In this document: positions 40,538 to 50,467 of the stretch, piece by piece
Numbering within the stretch: position 1 is the stretch's first letter
Layout of the letters: the number at the start of each line of letters is the position of its first letter
NCBI GenBank assembly: GCA_048885925.1
Contig: JBHLLG010000008.1
Coordinates: forward strand, 17,815 to 81,814
Length of the DNA stretch: 64,000 nucleotides
Origin: Candidatus Hermodarchaeota archaeon
Lineage (GTDB): Archaea; Asgardarchaeota; Lokiarchaeia; Sigyniarchaeales; SOKP01
Direction of reading: 5' to 3'
Made by a program: the position numbers and the translations under genes
The notes under the pieces: model-generated
Told to the model about the DNA's origin: nothing
Databases searched by the model: none
What the model saw: the letters and a program-made list of their open reading frames with translations, nothing else

Positions 40538-41221
40538 GTGAGTAAAATAGTAAAAGAAACTATTCCCGCTAAAAGAAGTACTCATTTACGAAAAACAAAT
40601 TCTCATGAATTACGAATTCAAATAAATAAAAGTACTCTTGATGATATTTTCATTATAAATGGAACCTCTTTTATCACTAAAAATATTTCTAATTCAGATT
40701 TAATAATTGAACCAAATACTTACTATATGGTAATCAACCTTGGAAAGGAATCAGTAGAACTCCATTATAATCAGGATATTTCAAACCATAAAATAATATA
40801 TAATCCATATAAGTACGAATTTGCAAAGAAAGTCAACTTTGAACCAGAATTATTTAAAAATTTGTATCATGTTCCCCAAGGGTATATTGATACGCTACCA
40901 AAATGGTACAGTTTTAAATTTACATATCCAGATTATAATTTAATATTTATCCGTCCAGAATTTGGACTTTCAATTCAAATTCATAAATATAGGAATGAAT
41001 CCTGGGAAGTTTTAGAGGGTAATCCTATAATAATCAGTAAGGATAAAGTTTTTTATTTTGTTGAGAATAAAACAACGTTTAAAAATCCTATTAATACTTA
41101 CCATTCTATTATTAATCCTAATAAAGCAGAAAATAAGTTTGTAATTATAAAAGAAAAATGGGATGGAAAATTCAATGAGAATGATATAGAACGGATTTTT
41201 AACCCAAATCATTATAATTAA
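40538..41221 (+). CDS. cupin-domain protein (mannose-6-phosphate isomerase C-terminal-like)
   Basis: LSIQIHKYRNESWEVLEG...YHSIINP, ENDIER. Confidence 0.65.
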   Translation: MSKIVKETIPAKRSTHLRKTNSHELRIQINKSTLDDIFIINGTSFITKNISNSDLIIEPNTYYMVINLGKESVELHYNQDISNHKIIYNPYKYEFAKKVNFEPELFKNLYHVPQGYIDTLPKWYSFKFTYPDYNLIFIRPEFGLSIQIHKYRNESWEVLEGNPIIISKDKVFYFVENKTTFKNPINTYHSIINPNKAENKFVIIKEKWDGKFNENDIERIFNPNHYN

Positions 41222-41310
41222 TTCTTTTTTATTCATGAAATAAGTAGACAAAAAGAACCTTTTTTTTTAAAATATTATGAAGAGAGAGCTTCTCTTCAAA
41301 ATTACATCTA

Positions 41311-41324
41311 ACACTTATAAGTTT
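41311..41324 (+). promoter_or_regulatory. putative TATA element upstream of the ribosomal protein operon
   Basis: ACACTTATAAGTTT, shared with the dppA upstream motif; preceded by the inverted repeat TGAAGAGA-N5-TCTCTTCA (41278-41298). Confidence 0.4.
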
Positions 41325-41450
41325 TATTATTTTTGCTAACTTAACCTAAAAGTTAAAATTTAATATAATACTACAAACCTTACCGTGATATATTATATAA
41401 CAAAAAAAATTATAGAATAAAGTTAATGGAATAAGTAGATTGGTTAAAAA

Positions 41451-42023
41451 ATGGCTCCAAATGAACGTGATGATAAAGAAGAGTTAGAAGAGTCAGATCA
41501 AAAGTTTGATAATGATTCAGAAGAAGATCTAGATTCGGATGAACAACCAGAAACTGATTTAGAGGATGAATTGAAAGAAGAATTAGAAGAAAAGGATATA
41601 GATACTGAATCAGAGTTAGATCGACTACGATTCAAGTATAGGGGTTATACCTTAGAGGAACTAAGAAAAATGAATATGGACCAATTTATACAGCTATTAC
41701 CAGCAAGAGCAAGACGTTCTCTGAAGCGTGGATTACCACCGAGACAAAAGAAGCTTCTTGAAAGGTTAAGAAGAGCATATAGAGCAAAGAAAAGAGGAAA
41801 AGATTTGCTCACTCGAACCCATGTAAGGGATATGATAATATTTCCTGAAATGGTTGGTTTAAAAATTGGAGTATACAATGGAAAAGAATATGTTACAGTT
41901 GATATTAAGCCAGATATGATAGCTCATTATCTAGGAGAATTTTCTCTCACAAGAAAAAGAGTTCAACATGGATCTCCTGGGATTGGAGCCACAAGAAGTT
42001 CCAAATATGTTCCATTGAAATAA
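41451..42023 (+). CDS. rps19: 30S ribosomal protein uS19 with acidic N-terminal extension
   Basis: [48 protein letters not shown]. Confidence 0.97.
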   Translation: MAPNERDDKEELEESDQKFDNDSEEDLDSDEQPETDLEDELKEELEEKDIDTESELDRLRFKYRGYTLEELRKMNMDQFIQLLPARARRSLKRGLPPRQKKLLERLRRAYRAKKRGKDLLTRTHVRDMIIFPEMVGLKIGVYNGKEYVTVDIKPDMIAHYLGEFSLTRKRVQHGSPGIGATRSSKYVPLK

Positions 42024-42049
42024 AGAAAAATAAAAAAAGTTGATAAAAA

Positions 42050-42529
42050 TTGCCTACTTGGGGATATTCATTTACAGAAGGAAAATACGATGCTGATAGA
42101 TTAGCAAAAGCATCAGGTCGTGATATTAGAGTTAAACCAAAGCATGCAAGAGAAATTTGTTCTGTAATAAAGGGAATGAAAGTTGATCAGGCAAAAGTAT
42201 TTTTAGAAAAAGTTATTCGCCTTGAACAATCAGTACCTTTCAGACGAGCCAAAAAAAAGACTGCCCATAAACATGATTTAAAACAATTTAAATGGTATGC
42301 AGGAAGATATCCTCGAAAAACAGCAGCTAGGATCTATGAAATTCTCACATCGGTAGAATCAAATGCAGAATATAAAGGTTTAGATATCGACCTTTGCAGA
42401 ATTATCCATGCTGCCACACATAGGGGAAGAATAATAAAAAGATATATGTCTCGAGCTAGAGGCAGAAGCACATCAAAATTTAAATATCTTTCACACATCG
42501 AAATCATAATTTATGAATTCCCAAGTTAG
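42050..42529 (+). CDS. rpl22: 50S ribosomal protein uL22
   Basis: KHAREIC..IKGM, VPFRR, GRYP.K, NAEYKGLD, RARGR; TTG start. Confidence 0.97.
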   Translation: MPTWGYSFTEGKYDADRLAKASGRDIRVKPKHAREICSVIKGMKVDQAKVFLEKVIRLEQSVPFRRAKKKTAHKHDLKQFKWYAGRYPRKTAARIYEILTSVESNAEYKGLDIDLCRIIHAATHRGRIIKRYMSRARGRSTSKFKYLSHIEIIIYEFPS

Positions 42530-42578
42530 GTAAATATTTGATAAAATCAAGATAATTAATATTAAAAGATTGAGAAAA

Positions 42579-43364
42579 ATGAGTCCTCTTGTGAAAAATT
42601 TTATTGAACAAGGAATTAAATTGATGCAAATAAATGAATATTTACGTTCAGAGTTAGTTCGAGCAGGGTTTGCTGGTGTTGAGTTACAACGCACCCCATT
42701 AGGCGTAAGAATTACATTAAAAACTTCGCGTCCGGGTTTAGTGATTGGAAAAGGTGGGAAGAGAATTCAGGAGATAACAGATGTACTTCAAGATAGATTT
42801 GGTTTGGAAATGCCTCAAATTGAAGTTGAAGAGGTCGCTGAGCCAGATTTAGATGCCCAAATTATGGCAGAAAGACTTGCATATTCACTAGACAGAGGAA
42901 GACACTATAGAAGAGCAGGATATTATATTCTTAGAAAAGTAATGGACGCTGGAGCACGTGGAGTTGAAATTATTATATCTGGAAAAGTTACTTCACAAAG
43001 AGCTAGAACACAAATCTTTCGCGCCGGTACTATGTCTAAAAGTGGTCAACCTGCCCAAGAAGGCGTGGATAAGGGTGTTGCTCAATGTATACAGAAATCA
43101 GGAGTATTAGGAATAATAGTAAAAATAATGCGAGCCGATACAAAAATGGGAGATGATATTAATATTAAGGAGGATCTTCTAACTAAGGCACAGGCACAGG
43201 CAGTTGCAAAATTAGCGAAAACACTAGTAGATTATGTGATTGAAGAAGAAGAAGGAGTTTTAAGTGAAGAAGATAAAAAATTGCTTGATGAAGTGAATGA
43301 AGAAGAAATTTCTGAAATTTCATTAACTTCTGAAGTTAAAGATGAAAAAAAAGGAAAAAAATAA
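42579..43364 (+). CDS. rps3: 30S ribosomal protein uS3
   Basis: RAGFAGV..QRTPLG, RPGLVIGKGG (KH), GARGVEIIISGK; ATG 42579 preferred over TTG 42570. Confidence 0.97.
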   Translation: MSPLVKNFIEQGIKLMQINEYLRSELVRAGFAGVELQRTPLGVRITLKTSRPGLVIGKGGKRIQEITDVLQDRFGLEMPQIEVEEVAEPDLDAQIMAERLAYSLDRGRHYRRAGYYILRKVMDAGARGVEIIISGKVTSQRARTQIFRAGTMSKSGQPAQEGVDKGVAQCIQKSGVLGIIVKIMRADTKMGDDINIKEDLLTKAQAQAVAKLAKTLVDYVIEEEEGVLSEEDKKLLDEVNEEEISEISLTSEVKDEKKGKK

Positions 43365-43392
43365 TTTGATTATAATAAAATTGTGATAAGTT

Positions 43393-43590
43393 ATGGATAT
43401 AATAACGGCTGAAAAAATTCGAGAAATGGATGATCGAGAAAGACAAAGAGTTTTAGTTAGTTTAAGAGAGGAATTAATGATGCTTTATTCAATGCAAACA
43501 GGTGGCGGACTTTCTGACAATCCTGCAAAAGCTAAATTATTACGTAAACAAATAGCAAGAATATTAACTGTTATGAATGAAGAAAGATGA
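43393..43590 (+). CDS. rpl29: 50S ribosomal protein uL29
   Basis: IREM..., NP.....LRKQIARILTV; operon position. Confidence 0.93.
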   Translation: MDIITAEKIREMDDRERQRVLVSLREELMMLYSMQTGGGLSDNPAKAKLLRKQIARILTVMNEER

Positions 43591-43904
43591 TGATCGATCC
43601 TAAATATTTAATATATCATGACCTCATAGGTTTTGATACTTATGCTAAACCCTTATCAATGTCTTTAAGTACGAAATTCGTGAATATCGGTGTTGTAATT
43701 GATGAAACACGAAATATGTTAATTACTGAGAAGGATAATAAAATTAAGCGCTATATTAAGAAGAATTATATTTTTAGGTTTAAAATACCAAATTATGAAG
43801 ATAATGAAGAGGATTATTATTTAGAAGTTAACGGAATCAGGATTATTGGACTTCCTATAAATAGATTGAGAAGCCTAAAGAAGAAGAGGTGGTTAAAAAA
43901 ATGA
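43587..43904 (+). CDS. rnp1: ribonuclease P protein component 1 (Rpp29/Pop4)
   Basis: HDLIG, GVVIDETRNML, operon position. Confidence 0.9.
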   Translation: MMIDPKYLIYHDLIGFDTYAKPLSMSLSTKFVNIGVVIDETRNMLITEKDNKIKRYIKKNYIFRFKIPNYEDNEEDYYLEVNGIRIIGLPINRLRSLKKKRWLKK

Positions 43905-44254
43905 GTAGAAATATTGGGATCCCCGGAGTGGTTCCTCCTAAGACCAAACCCGAAGATTGTAAAGATCAGTCTTGTCCATTTCATGGAAATACAAAAATTA
44001 GAGGAAAAATCACTAAAGGGGTTGTTGTAAGTAAAAAGTCAAGAAATACTGTAATAATAAGACGAGATTATGTTCAATTTGTTAAAAAATATCAAAGATA
44101 TGAGCGTCGAAATACCCGACTTGCCTGTCATTTACCCGATTGTTTAAACAATGAGATTTTGGTTGGAGATTTGGTAAGAGTTGGAGAATCACGAAAAATA
44201 TCTAAAATGAAAGCATTTATAGTATTAGAGAAAATTGCAAGTGGGGTGATATAA
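43901..44254 (+). CDS. rps17: 30S ribosomal protein uS17
   Basis: RNIG, CPFHG..KIRG, KKYQRYERR, GESRKISK. Confidence 0.97.
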   Translation: MSRNIGIPGVVPPKTKPEDCKDQSCPFHGNTKIRGKITKGVVVSKKSRNTVIIRRDYVQFVKKYQRYERRNTRLACHLPDCLNNEILVGDLVRVGESRKISKMKAFIVLEKIASGVI

Positions 44255-44680
44255 GTGGGAACAAGAAGAAAATTAGGAAGAAAAACATATGTTAAACCCC
44301 GTACTAGCTATGGATTATGTAATGGTTCTAGAATAAATATTGCAGACAATTCTGGAGCAAAAATTGCCAAAATCATAAATGTGGATGGTTTTAAGACGAG
44401 GTTAAGAAGATTACCAAAAGCAACTGTTGGAAGTGTATGTACGGTTACAATAAAAAAGGGTAAACCAGAATTGCGAGGGAATATAGTAAAAGCAGTTATT
44501 GTTAGGCAAAAAATGATATACAGGCGACTAGATGGAACAAGACTTTGCTTCGAAGATAATGCTGGTGTATTAGTAACAAAAGAAGGTGATGCAAAAGCAA
44601 CCGAAATAAGAGGTCCAATTGCACGAGAAGCAGCTGAAATGTTTCCAAGACTCGCATCAATTTCGTCTTTGATAATATAA
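44255..44680 (+). CDS. rpl14: 50S ribosomal protein uL14
   Basis: ADNSGAK, KKGKPELR, AVIVRQK, FEDNAGV; GTG start 5 nt after GGTGA. Confidence 0.97.
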   Translation: MGTRRKLGRKTYVKPRTSYGLCNGSRINIADNSGAKIAKIINVDGFKTRLRRLPKATVGSVCTVTIKKGKPELRGNIVKAVIVRQKMIYRRLDGTRLCFEDNAGVLVTKEGDAKATEIRGPIAREAAEMFPRLASISSLII

Positions 44681-44694
44681 AAGAGGGATCTAAA

Positions 44695-45123
44695 ATGAAA
44701 ATTAAATCAAAACAACCAAGTAAACAAAGAAAAGCTCTCTACACCTACAGAAATCATCAACGCTCAAAATTACTTAGTACACGGGTAGCTGATTTTCTAC
44801 GTGATGAATATGGAATTAAAAGACTTCCTCTTAGAGTAGGTGATCATGCAAGAATAACACGAGGAGAATTTTCTGATTTTGAAGGAGAGGTTATTGAAGT
44901 TACCAAAAACCAACGAGCTAAAATTAAAGAAGCTCAATTTGATAAAACAGATGGAACACAATTCCATCCAGCAATTCATATTTCAAATTTAGTAATTACA
45001 AAATTCGCAAAAGAAAAAAAGATGGATCCATGGCGAGCAAATATGATTGAGAGAAAGGCTTTATTTGGCTTTTACGAAGAAGGATTAAAAGCTCCAAAGA
45101 AAGAAAAAGAGGAGGATAAATAA
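44695..45123 (+). CDS. rpl24: 50S ribosomal protein uL24
   Basis: SKQPSKQRK, LPLRVGD...I.RG.F...EG.V, IH.SNLVITK. Confidence 0.96.
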   Translation: MKIKSKQPSKQRKALYTYRNHQRSKLLSTRVADFLRDEYGIKRLPLRVGDHARITRGEFSDFEGEVIEVTKNQRAKIKEAQFDKTDGTQFHPAIHISNLVITKFAKEKKMDPWRANMIERKALFGFYEEGLKAPKKEKEEDK

Positions 45124-45126
45124 GAA

Positions 45127-45885
45127 ATGACTCGACATGGGGCTCAAAAAAGGTTGAAAAGACTTAATACTTCAGCGTTTTTACAGATAAAAAGGAAGCA
45201 TGGAATTTTTTTTGTTAAACCATCTCCTGGGCCGCATTCCAATAGATTTTGCTTACCACTTCTACACATCGTAAGAGATCTACTCAAAATCGTTGATAAT
45301 CATAGAGAAGCAAAAAAAATAATTGGTTTAGGTTATATCAAGGTTGATGGTAAAACTATTACTGATGAGTCATTTCCAGTAGGATTGATGGACGTAGTTT
45401 CAATAGAAAAAATGAATAAACACTATAGAATCCTTCCAGATTCTCATCATGGCTTAATCTTACATGAAATTACGGAACAAGAAAGTACATTCAAATTGTG
45501 CAGGATAACCAATAAAAAAACTCTAAAAGGAGGTCATATTCAGTTAAACCTACATGATGGACGAAATATCTTAATTAGAGTTCAAGATCCAAAAAATCCA
45601 AAAGAGGATATATATAAACGAATGGATGTATTAAAGATTTCAATTCCAGAACAAGAAATTAATAAAATATTAAAATTTAAAGAAAACAATATGGCAATCA
45701 TCATGTCTGGAAAAAATATAGGACAAATTGGTAAGATTATTAGTATTTTAAAAAGATTTGGCCCCAAAGCAAGTACAGTCTCCATTCAACATGATGGTGA
45801 TCATACAGAAACTCTCTATGATTATACATTTATTATAGGAGAAGAAAATTCTGAAATAGATTTACCAAAAATTAAAAGTGTATAA
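45127..45885 (+). CDS. rps4e: 30S ribosomal protein eS4
   Basis: KRLKRL, PSPGPH, KVDGK, FPVGLMDV, QLNLHDGRN. Confidence 0.97.
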   Translation: MTRHGAQKRLKRLNTSAFLQIKRKHGIFFVKPSPGPHSNRFCLPLLHIVRDLLKIVDNHREAKKIIGLGYIKVDGKTITDESFPVGLMDVVSIEKMNKHYRILPDSHHGLILHEITEQESTFKLCRITNKKTLKGGHIQLNLHDGRNILIRVQDPKNPKEDIYKRMDVLKISIPEQEINKILKFKENNMAIIMSGKNIGQIGKIISILKRFGPKASTVSIQHDGDHTETLYDYTFIIGEENSEIDLPKIKSV

Positions 45886-45914
45886 TTAAAAAATAAAAAT
45901 TTTGTGATTAAAGA

Positions 45915-46508
45915 ATGTCATCCAAAACTAAAATAAATAAACTAGATACCCTAACAAAAGAATTTGAAGAAAAATGGAAAAATCCAATGAAACGTCCATT
46001 TTTAGAAAAATTAACATTAAATATAGGAGTTGGAGCGGGAGGGGAGGAATTAGAAAAAGCAGTTACAGTCTTAGAAACAATAACAAATCAAAAAGCAATT
46101 AAAACACTATCTAAGAAAAATGTGAAGGAATTTAATTTAAGAAAAGGGCGTCCAATTGGGGCTAAAGTGACTATAAGAGGTCAAAATGCGGAAAAACTTC
46201 TCAAAAGATTATTAATTGTAAATAACAACAAAATCTTAGTAAGAAGTTTTGATGATTATGGAAATTTTGGTTTTGGAATAACAGAACATATTTCTATTCC
46301 AGGTATTGAATATGATAATACAATAGGTATATGGGGTTTAGACTGCATTGGTAGAGTAATAAGACCTGGAATGCGAGTAAAATTTAGGAGGAATAAACAT
46401 ACAAAAATTCCAAAATATCATTATGTTTCACGTGAGGAAACCCAATATTTTTTGATACAGACATTTGGAGTTGAGATTGTTAAAAAATTAGATTTAGAGT
46501 TCTTTTAA
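45915..46508 (+). CDS. rpl5: 50S ribosomal protein uL5
   Basis: NPM..P.LEKLTLNIGVG, PIGAKVTIRG, FD..GNFGFGI.EHI. Confidence 0.97.
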   Translation: MSSKTKINKLDTLTKEFEEKWKNPMKRPFLEKLTLNIGVGAGGEELEKAVTVLETITNQKAIKTLSKKNVKEFNLRKGRPIGAKVTIRGQNAEKLLKRLLIVNNNKILVRSFDDYGNFGFGITEHISIPGIEYDNTIGIWGLDCIGRVIRPGMRVKFRRNKHTKIPKYHYVSREETQYFLIQTFGVEIVKKLDLEFF

Positions 46509-46526
46509 AGATTAAGGTGAAAAAAG

Positions 46527-46676
46527 ATACCACAAGGTAAACATTATGGGAAGGGAGTACGCGAATGTAGGCGTTGCCATACTCATAGAGGCGTAATCCG
46601 GCGATATGGACTATATATTTGTAGAAGATGTTTCTATGAAATTGGTAAAGATATTGGATTTAAAAGATTTGAATAA
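46527..46676 (+). CDS. rps14: 30S ribosomal protein uS14 (zinc-binding), apparent ATA start
   Basis: Manual translation (M)[48 protein letters not shown]; in-frame TGA at 46518-46520 upstream; missing from the ORF track. Confidence 0.93.
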   Translation: MPQGKHYGKGVRECRRCHTHRGVIRRYGLYICRRCFYEIGKDIGFKRFE

Positions 46677-46711
46677 GTATTAATAAAAAATATAGAAAAA
46701 GGTGAAAAGAT

Positions 46712-47095
46712 ACGACAAATACAATAGCAGATGCATGTTGTGCTCTTAAAAATGCAGAAAGAGCACGTAAAAAAGAAGTAATAATTAGCCCTGCTTCTAA
46801 AATTCTACAACAGATATTTAGAATCTTTCAAAAACATGCCTATATCGGAGAATTCGAAAGATATGATGATGGACGTCAAGGAAAATTTAAAATTGCTTTA
46901 TTAGGAAAGATAAATGAATGTGCGGGTTTATTAAAGCTGAACTACAAGGTTACGCAATTTGAAATGTTAGAAAGAAAATTATTACCTGCACCTGGTTTAG
47001 GTATAATTATATTCACAACTAATCAAGGTATAATGACAATGAGAGAAGCAGAAGAAAAGGGAATAGGTGGAAATACTTTGTGTTATATCTATTAA
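46712..47095 (+). CDS. rps8: 30S ribosomal protein uS8, apparent ACG start
   Basis: Manual translation (M)TNTIADACCALKNAERARKKEVIISPASK...YIGEFERYDDGRQGKFKIALLGKINECAG...TTNQGIMTMREAEEKGIGGNTLCYIY*; in-frame TGA at 46703-46705 upstream; missing from the ORF track. Confidence 0.93.
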   Translation, partial: TTNTIADACCALKNAERARKKEVIISPASKILQQIFRIFQKHAYIGEFERYDDGRQGKFKIALLGKINECAGLLKLNYKVTQFEMLERKLLPAPGLGIIIFTTNQGIMTMREAEEKGIGGNTLCYIY

Positions 47096-47118
47096 TTCAA
47101 CCATGAGGTAAACATAAA

Positions 47119-47697
47119 ATGGTAAAAATTGCGTTCTTTAAGGAAGAATTAGAAATCCCTAAGGGTGTTGAAGTTAAATTGGAAGGTGGGCATCATATTA
47201 GGGTGAAAGGCCCAAAAGGAGATATTTTAAAAGACTTTTCTCACGTAAGAGGGATAAAAGTCTCTATTGAAGGAAATAAAATTATTTTTTCGACAAATTT
47301 CCCTAAGGGTGCAACTTTAGCTTTAATTAAAACAGTTGTTAGTATTATCAATAATTTAATTATTGGGGTTCAAACCAATTATAAATATGTCTCGAAAATC
47401 TGTTATTCACATTTTCCATGTAATTGTGAAGTGAAACCAGATAAACAAATGATTCAAATTGTAAATTTCTTAGGGGAAAAAGCACCAAGGAAAGCAAATT
47501 ATCCAGAAAATGTGAAAGTGGAGATACAGGGAGATGATATATATTTTATTGGACCCGATAAAGAATCATTAGGACAAGCAGCCGCTAATGTTCAAAAAGC
47601 ATGTCGTATCCGTAAAAAGGATCCACGAGTTTTTCAAGATGGAGTTTATCTATATAAAAGAATGCTTGGAGATGAAATCCTCTGGGAAATAAAGTGA
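47119..47697 (+). CDS. rpl6: 50S ribosomal protein uL6
   Basis: IPKGV, VKGPKG, YSHFP, NFLGEKAPR, KDPRVFQDGVY. Confidence 0.97.
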   Translation: MVKIAFFKEELEIPKGVEVKLEGGHHIRVKGPKGDILKDFSHVRGIKVSIEGNKIIFSTNFPKGATLALIKTVVSIINNLIIGVQTNYKYVSKICYSHFPCNCEVKPDKQMIQIVNFLGEKAPRKANYPENVKVEIQGDDIYFIGPDKESLGQAAANVQKACRIRKKDPRVFQDGVYLYKRMLGDEILWEIK

Positions 47698-47707
47698 GGG
47701 AAGTATC

Positions 47708-48199
47708 ATGGAAAAAAAAAGATTGTTAAAAATAAGAAAGGAAATAAGTAAGAAAAGACCTTCATTTAGGAGAGTAGAATCCTGGAGATATAAAAGAGTA
47801 AAAGATTCATGGAGAAAACCTATTGGGATTGATTCAGCAACTCGAAAAAAAGAAAAATCTGGGGTTAAATCGCCTACAGTTGGTTATAGAGGCCCTAAAA
47901 AAGTAAGAGGGATACATCCATCTGGATATGAAGAAGTGAGAATTACTAATTTAAAAGATTTATCTAATTTAAATAAAAAAAAGCATGCTATAAAAATTTC
48001 AGCTAGATTAGGTGCTAAAAAGCGTATTGCGGTTATTGATTACTGCCAAAAAAGAGGTTTTAAAATATTGAACCTAGGAATTTCACAAAAAGAACTTGAA
48101 CGGTTAGAAACAATAGTAAAAGCACCAATTTCTGATGAGGAAAGTGAGGAATTTCTTGATGTTGATAATTTAGAAGATTCTCTTGATTTAGAGGACTGA
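47708..48199 (+). CDS. rpl32e: 50S ribosomal protein eL32
   Basis: KRPSFRR, WRKPIGIDS, VGYRGP..VRGIHPSG. Confidence 0.96.
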   Translation: MEKKRLLKIRKEISKKRPSFRRVESWRYKRVKDSWRKPIGIDSATRKKEKSGVKSPTVGYRGPKKVRGIHPSGYEEVRITNLKDLSNLNKKKHAIKISARLGAKKRIAVIDYCQKRGFKILNLGISQKELERLETIVKAPISDEESEEFLDVDNLEDSLDLED

Positions 48200-48227
48200 G
48201 TTTAGAAATCAAAAGAGGAGATAATAA

Positions 48228-48689
48228 ATGAATTTAAAACCACAAAGAAGGATGGCTGCAGAAATTCTTAAATGTGGAGAAAATCGAGTTTATTTCGATC
48301 CATACTTAATAGAAGATATTTCTTTAGCAATTACAAGAGAAGATGTTCGCAATTTAATAAAACAAGGGGTAATTCAAAAAAAATACAAAGAAGGAATTTC
48401 AAAATATAGAAAAAACCTAACCCATGAAAGGAAGAAAAAGGGAAGAGCGAGAGGATTAGGAAAAAGAAAAGGTAAAAAGTATGCTAGAACACCAAAGAAA
48501 AGAGCATGGATAAGAAAAATTCGCCCAATTAGAAAAGAATTGAAAAAACTTAGAGATCGAAAGTTAATTACAGCAACTAATTATCGGAAATTATATAAAA
48601 ATGCTAAAGGTGGAATGTTTCATAGTGTTGCACAATTGAATAGGTATATTAAGGAAAAAGATTTAATTAGGAGAGGGAGAGGTCGCTAA
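48228..48689 (+). CDS. rpl19e: 50S ribosomal protein eL19
   Basis: QRRMAAEILKCG.NRV, AITREDVR.LI, RGLGKRKG...AR. Confidence 0.97.
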   Translation: MNLKPQRRMAAEILKCGENRVYFDPYLIEDISLAITREDVRNLIKQGVIQKKYKEGISKYRKNLTHERKKKGRARGLGKRKGKKYARTPKKRAWIRKIRPIRKELKKLRDRKLITATNYRKLYKNAKGGMFHSVAQLNRYIKEKDLIRRGRGR

Positions 48690-48691
48690 AA

Positions 48692-49285
48692 ATGGCAAAA
48701 GGTCCAAGATATAGAAGATCTTTTCGAAGAAGACATGATGGTAAAACTAATTACCAAAAAAGATCAAAATTACTAAAATCAAGAAGAATAAGATTAGTGC
48801 TAAGAGCTTCAAATAATCATATGAGAGTTCAAGTTATTCAATCTAAATTAGGAGGAGATAAGGTTTTAGTTTCTGCCTTTTCTAAGGAATTAACCTCAAA
48901 ATATGGTTGGACTGCTAATACTGGTAATATTCCAGCAGCTTATTTAACTGGTTATTTAGCTGGATTAAGGGCAAAAGCTAAAAAAATAAATGAAGCTATC
49001 TTTGATTTAAGCATATTTTATCACAAAAATCGAGTACTTGCTGGATGTAAAGGATTAATAGATGCAGGTCTCAATATTCCTTATCGTGAAGAATTTTTTC
49101 CAGAAGGATTAAATGATAGAATCAAAGGTGCTCATATTGAAGATTATGCCAAAACTTTAAAATCAAATGAACCAGAAAAATATGAAAAAATATTTTCCAG
49201 TTATATAAATATTAAAAAAATTAATCCATTGAAGTTTGGTCAAATTTTTTCAAATTCATTAAAAATTATTGAGACTAAAGCTTAA
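48692..49285 (+). CDS. rpl18: 50S ribosomal protein uL18
   Basis: MAKGPRY...FRRR..GKTNY, GNIPAAYLTG. Confidence 0.97.
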   Translation: MAKGPRYRRSFRRRHDGKTNYQKRSKLLKSRRIRLVLRASNNHMRVQVIQSKLGGDKVLVSAFSKELTSKYGWTANTGNIPAAYLTGYLAGLRAKAKKINEAIFDLSIFYHKNRVLAGCKGLIDAGLNIPYREEFFPEGLNDRIKGAHIEDYAKTLKSNEPEKYEKIFSSYINIKKINPLKFGQIFSNSLKIIETKA

Positions 49286-49299
49286 GAACGTGATATAAA

Positions 49300-49914
49300 A
49301 TGAGTCGTTTAAGAAGTATTGATGAAGAATGGGTCCCAAAAACAAAATTAGGTGAACTTGTTCAACAGGGCCTTATGACATTGGAAAAGATATTTCAAAA
49401 CAATTTAGTTGTAAAGGAAAAAGAAATTGTAGATGTTCTATTACCACAATTACGTGAAGATGTTATATCTATAAAAATGATCCAAAAGATGAGCGCTAGT
49501 GGGCAAAGAAGTAGATTTAAGGCAGTAGTAATTATAGGCGCTGATGGTTTCCTTGGTGTTGGAGCATCTAAAAGTAAAGAGGTTGGACCTGCTATTAGGA
49601 AAGCAATTGACAAGGCTAAACTTTCTGTTATTCCAATTCTTAGAGGATGTGGAAGTAAAGAATGTGGGTGTGGGGGTACTCATAGTATTCCTTTTAAAGT
49701 TCAAGGTAAATGCGGTTCAGTTAAAATCAAATTAATCCCGGCTCCTGCTGGTGTTGGATTAGCATGTGCAGACAAAGTAAAACAAGTGCTAAAACTATGC
49801 GGCATTGAAGATATATGGAGCAAAACCTATGGTGATACAAGAACAAGTGAAAATCTTGTAAAGGCAACTATTGATGCTCTCAAGCATGCACATAAATATA
49901 ACTTTAATTTATGA
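49300..49914 (+). CDS. rps5: 30S ribosomal protein uS5
   Basis: WVPKTKLG, AIRKAI..AK, RGCGS, HSIPFKV.GKCGSV, PAPAGVGL. Confidence 0.97.
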   Translation: MSRLRSIDEEWVPKTKLGELVQQGLMTLEKIFQNNLVVKEKEIVDVLLPQLREDVISIKMIQKMSASGQRSRFKAVVIIGADGFLGVGASKSKEVGPAIRKAIDKAKLSVIPILRGCGSKECGCGGTHSIPFKVQGKCGSVKIKLIPAPAGVGLACADKVKQVLKLCGIEDIWSKTYGDTRTSENLVKATIDALKHAHKYNFNL

Positions 49915-49931
49915 AAAAGAGTGGTGTTTAA

Positions 49932-50456
49932 ATGGCTATGGCAAAAAAAAACCCAAAGGTAAAGGAGTCAGAATTTCAACCAAAGCTTTATTTTGCAATT
50001 CGAATAAGGGGCGCTCCTGGGATGAAAGGTAAAATATCAGATACGTTGAAGATGCTTAAAATGCATAAAGTAAATCATGGTGTACTTATATGGGGTATTC
50101 CTTCATATAAAGGCATGTTAGTAAAATGTAAAGATTATATTGCTTATGGAGAAATTGATGAAAAAACATTAATCAGATTACTAAGAGTGAGAGGAAAAGT
50201 CGAAGGTAATCATACTCTAACAGAAGAACATATTAAAAATTTAACTAATTATAAAAATTTTAGAGAATTAGCTAAAGCCCTATTGAACGGTGAAATTCAG
50301 TATCGTGAAAAAGATATATATAAAATTAAACCAGTTTTTCGATTACATCCCCCCAGAAAAGGACATCGAGGGACATTAAAGAAACATTTCAATGAGGGAG
50401 GAACACTGGGTCATGTTGGAATTTATATAAATGAATTAATTCACAAAATGTTATAA
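49932..50456 (+). CDS. rpl30: 50S ribosomal protein uL30
   Basis: AIRIRG, KDYIAYGE, KPVFRLHPPRKG. Confidence 0.96.
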   Translation: MAMAKKNPKVKESEFQPKLYFAIRIRGAPGMKGKISDTLKMLKMHKVNHGVLIWGIPSYKGMLVKCKDYIAYGEIDEKTLIRLLRVRGKVEGNHTLTEEHIKNLTNYKNFRELAKALLNGEIQYREKDIYKIKPVFRLHPPRKGHRGTLKKHFNEGGTLGHVGIYINELIHKML

Positions 50457-50467
50457 TAATAAGGTGA

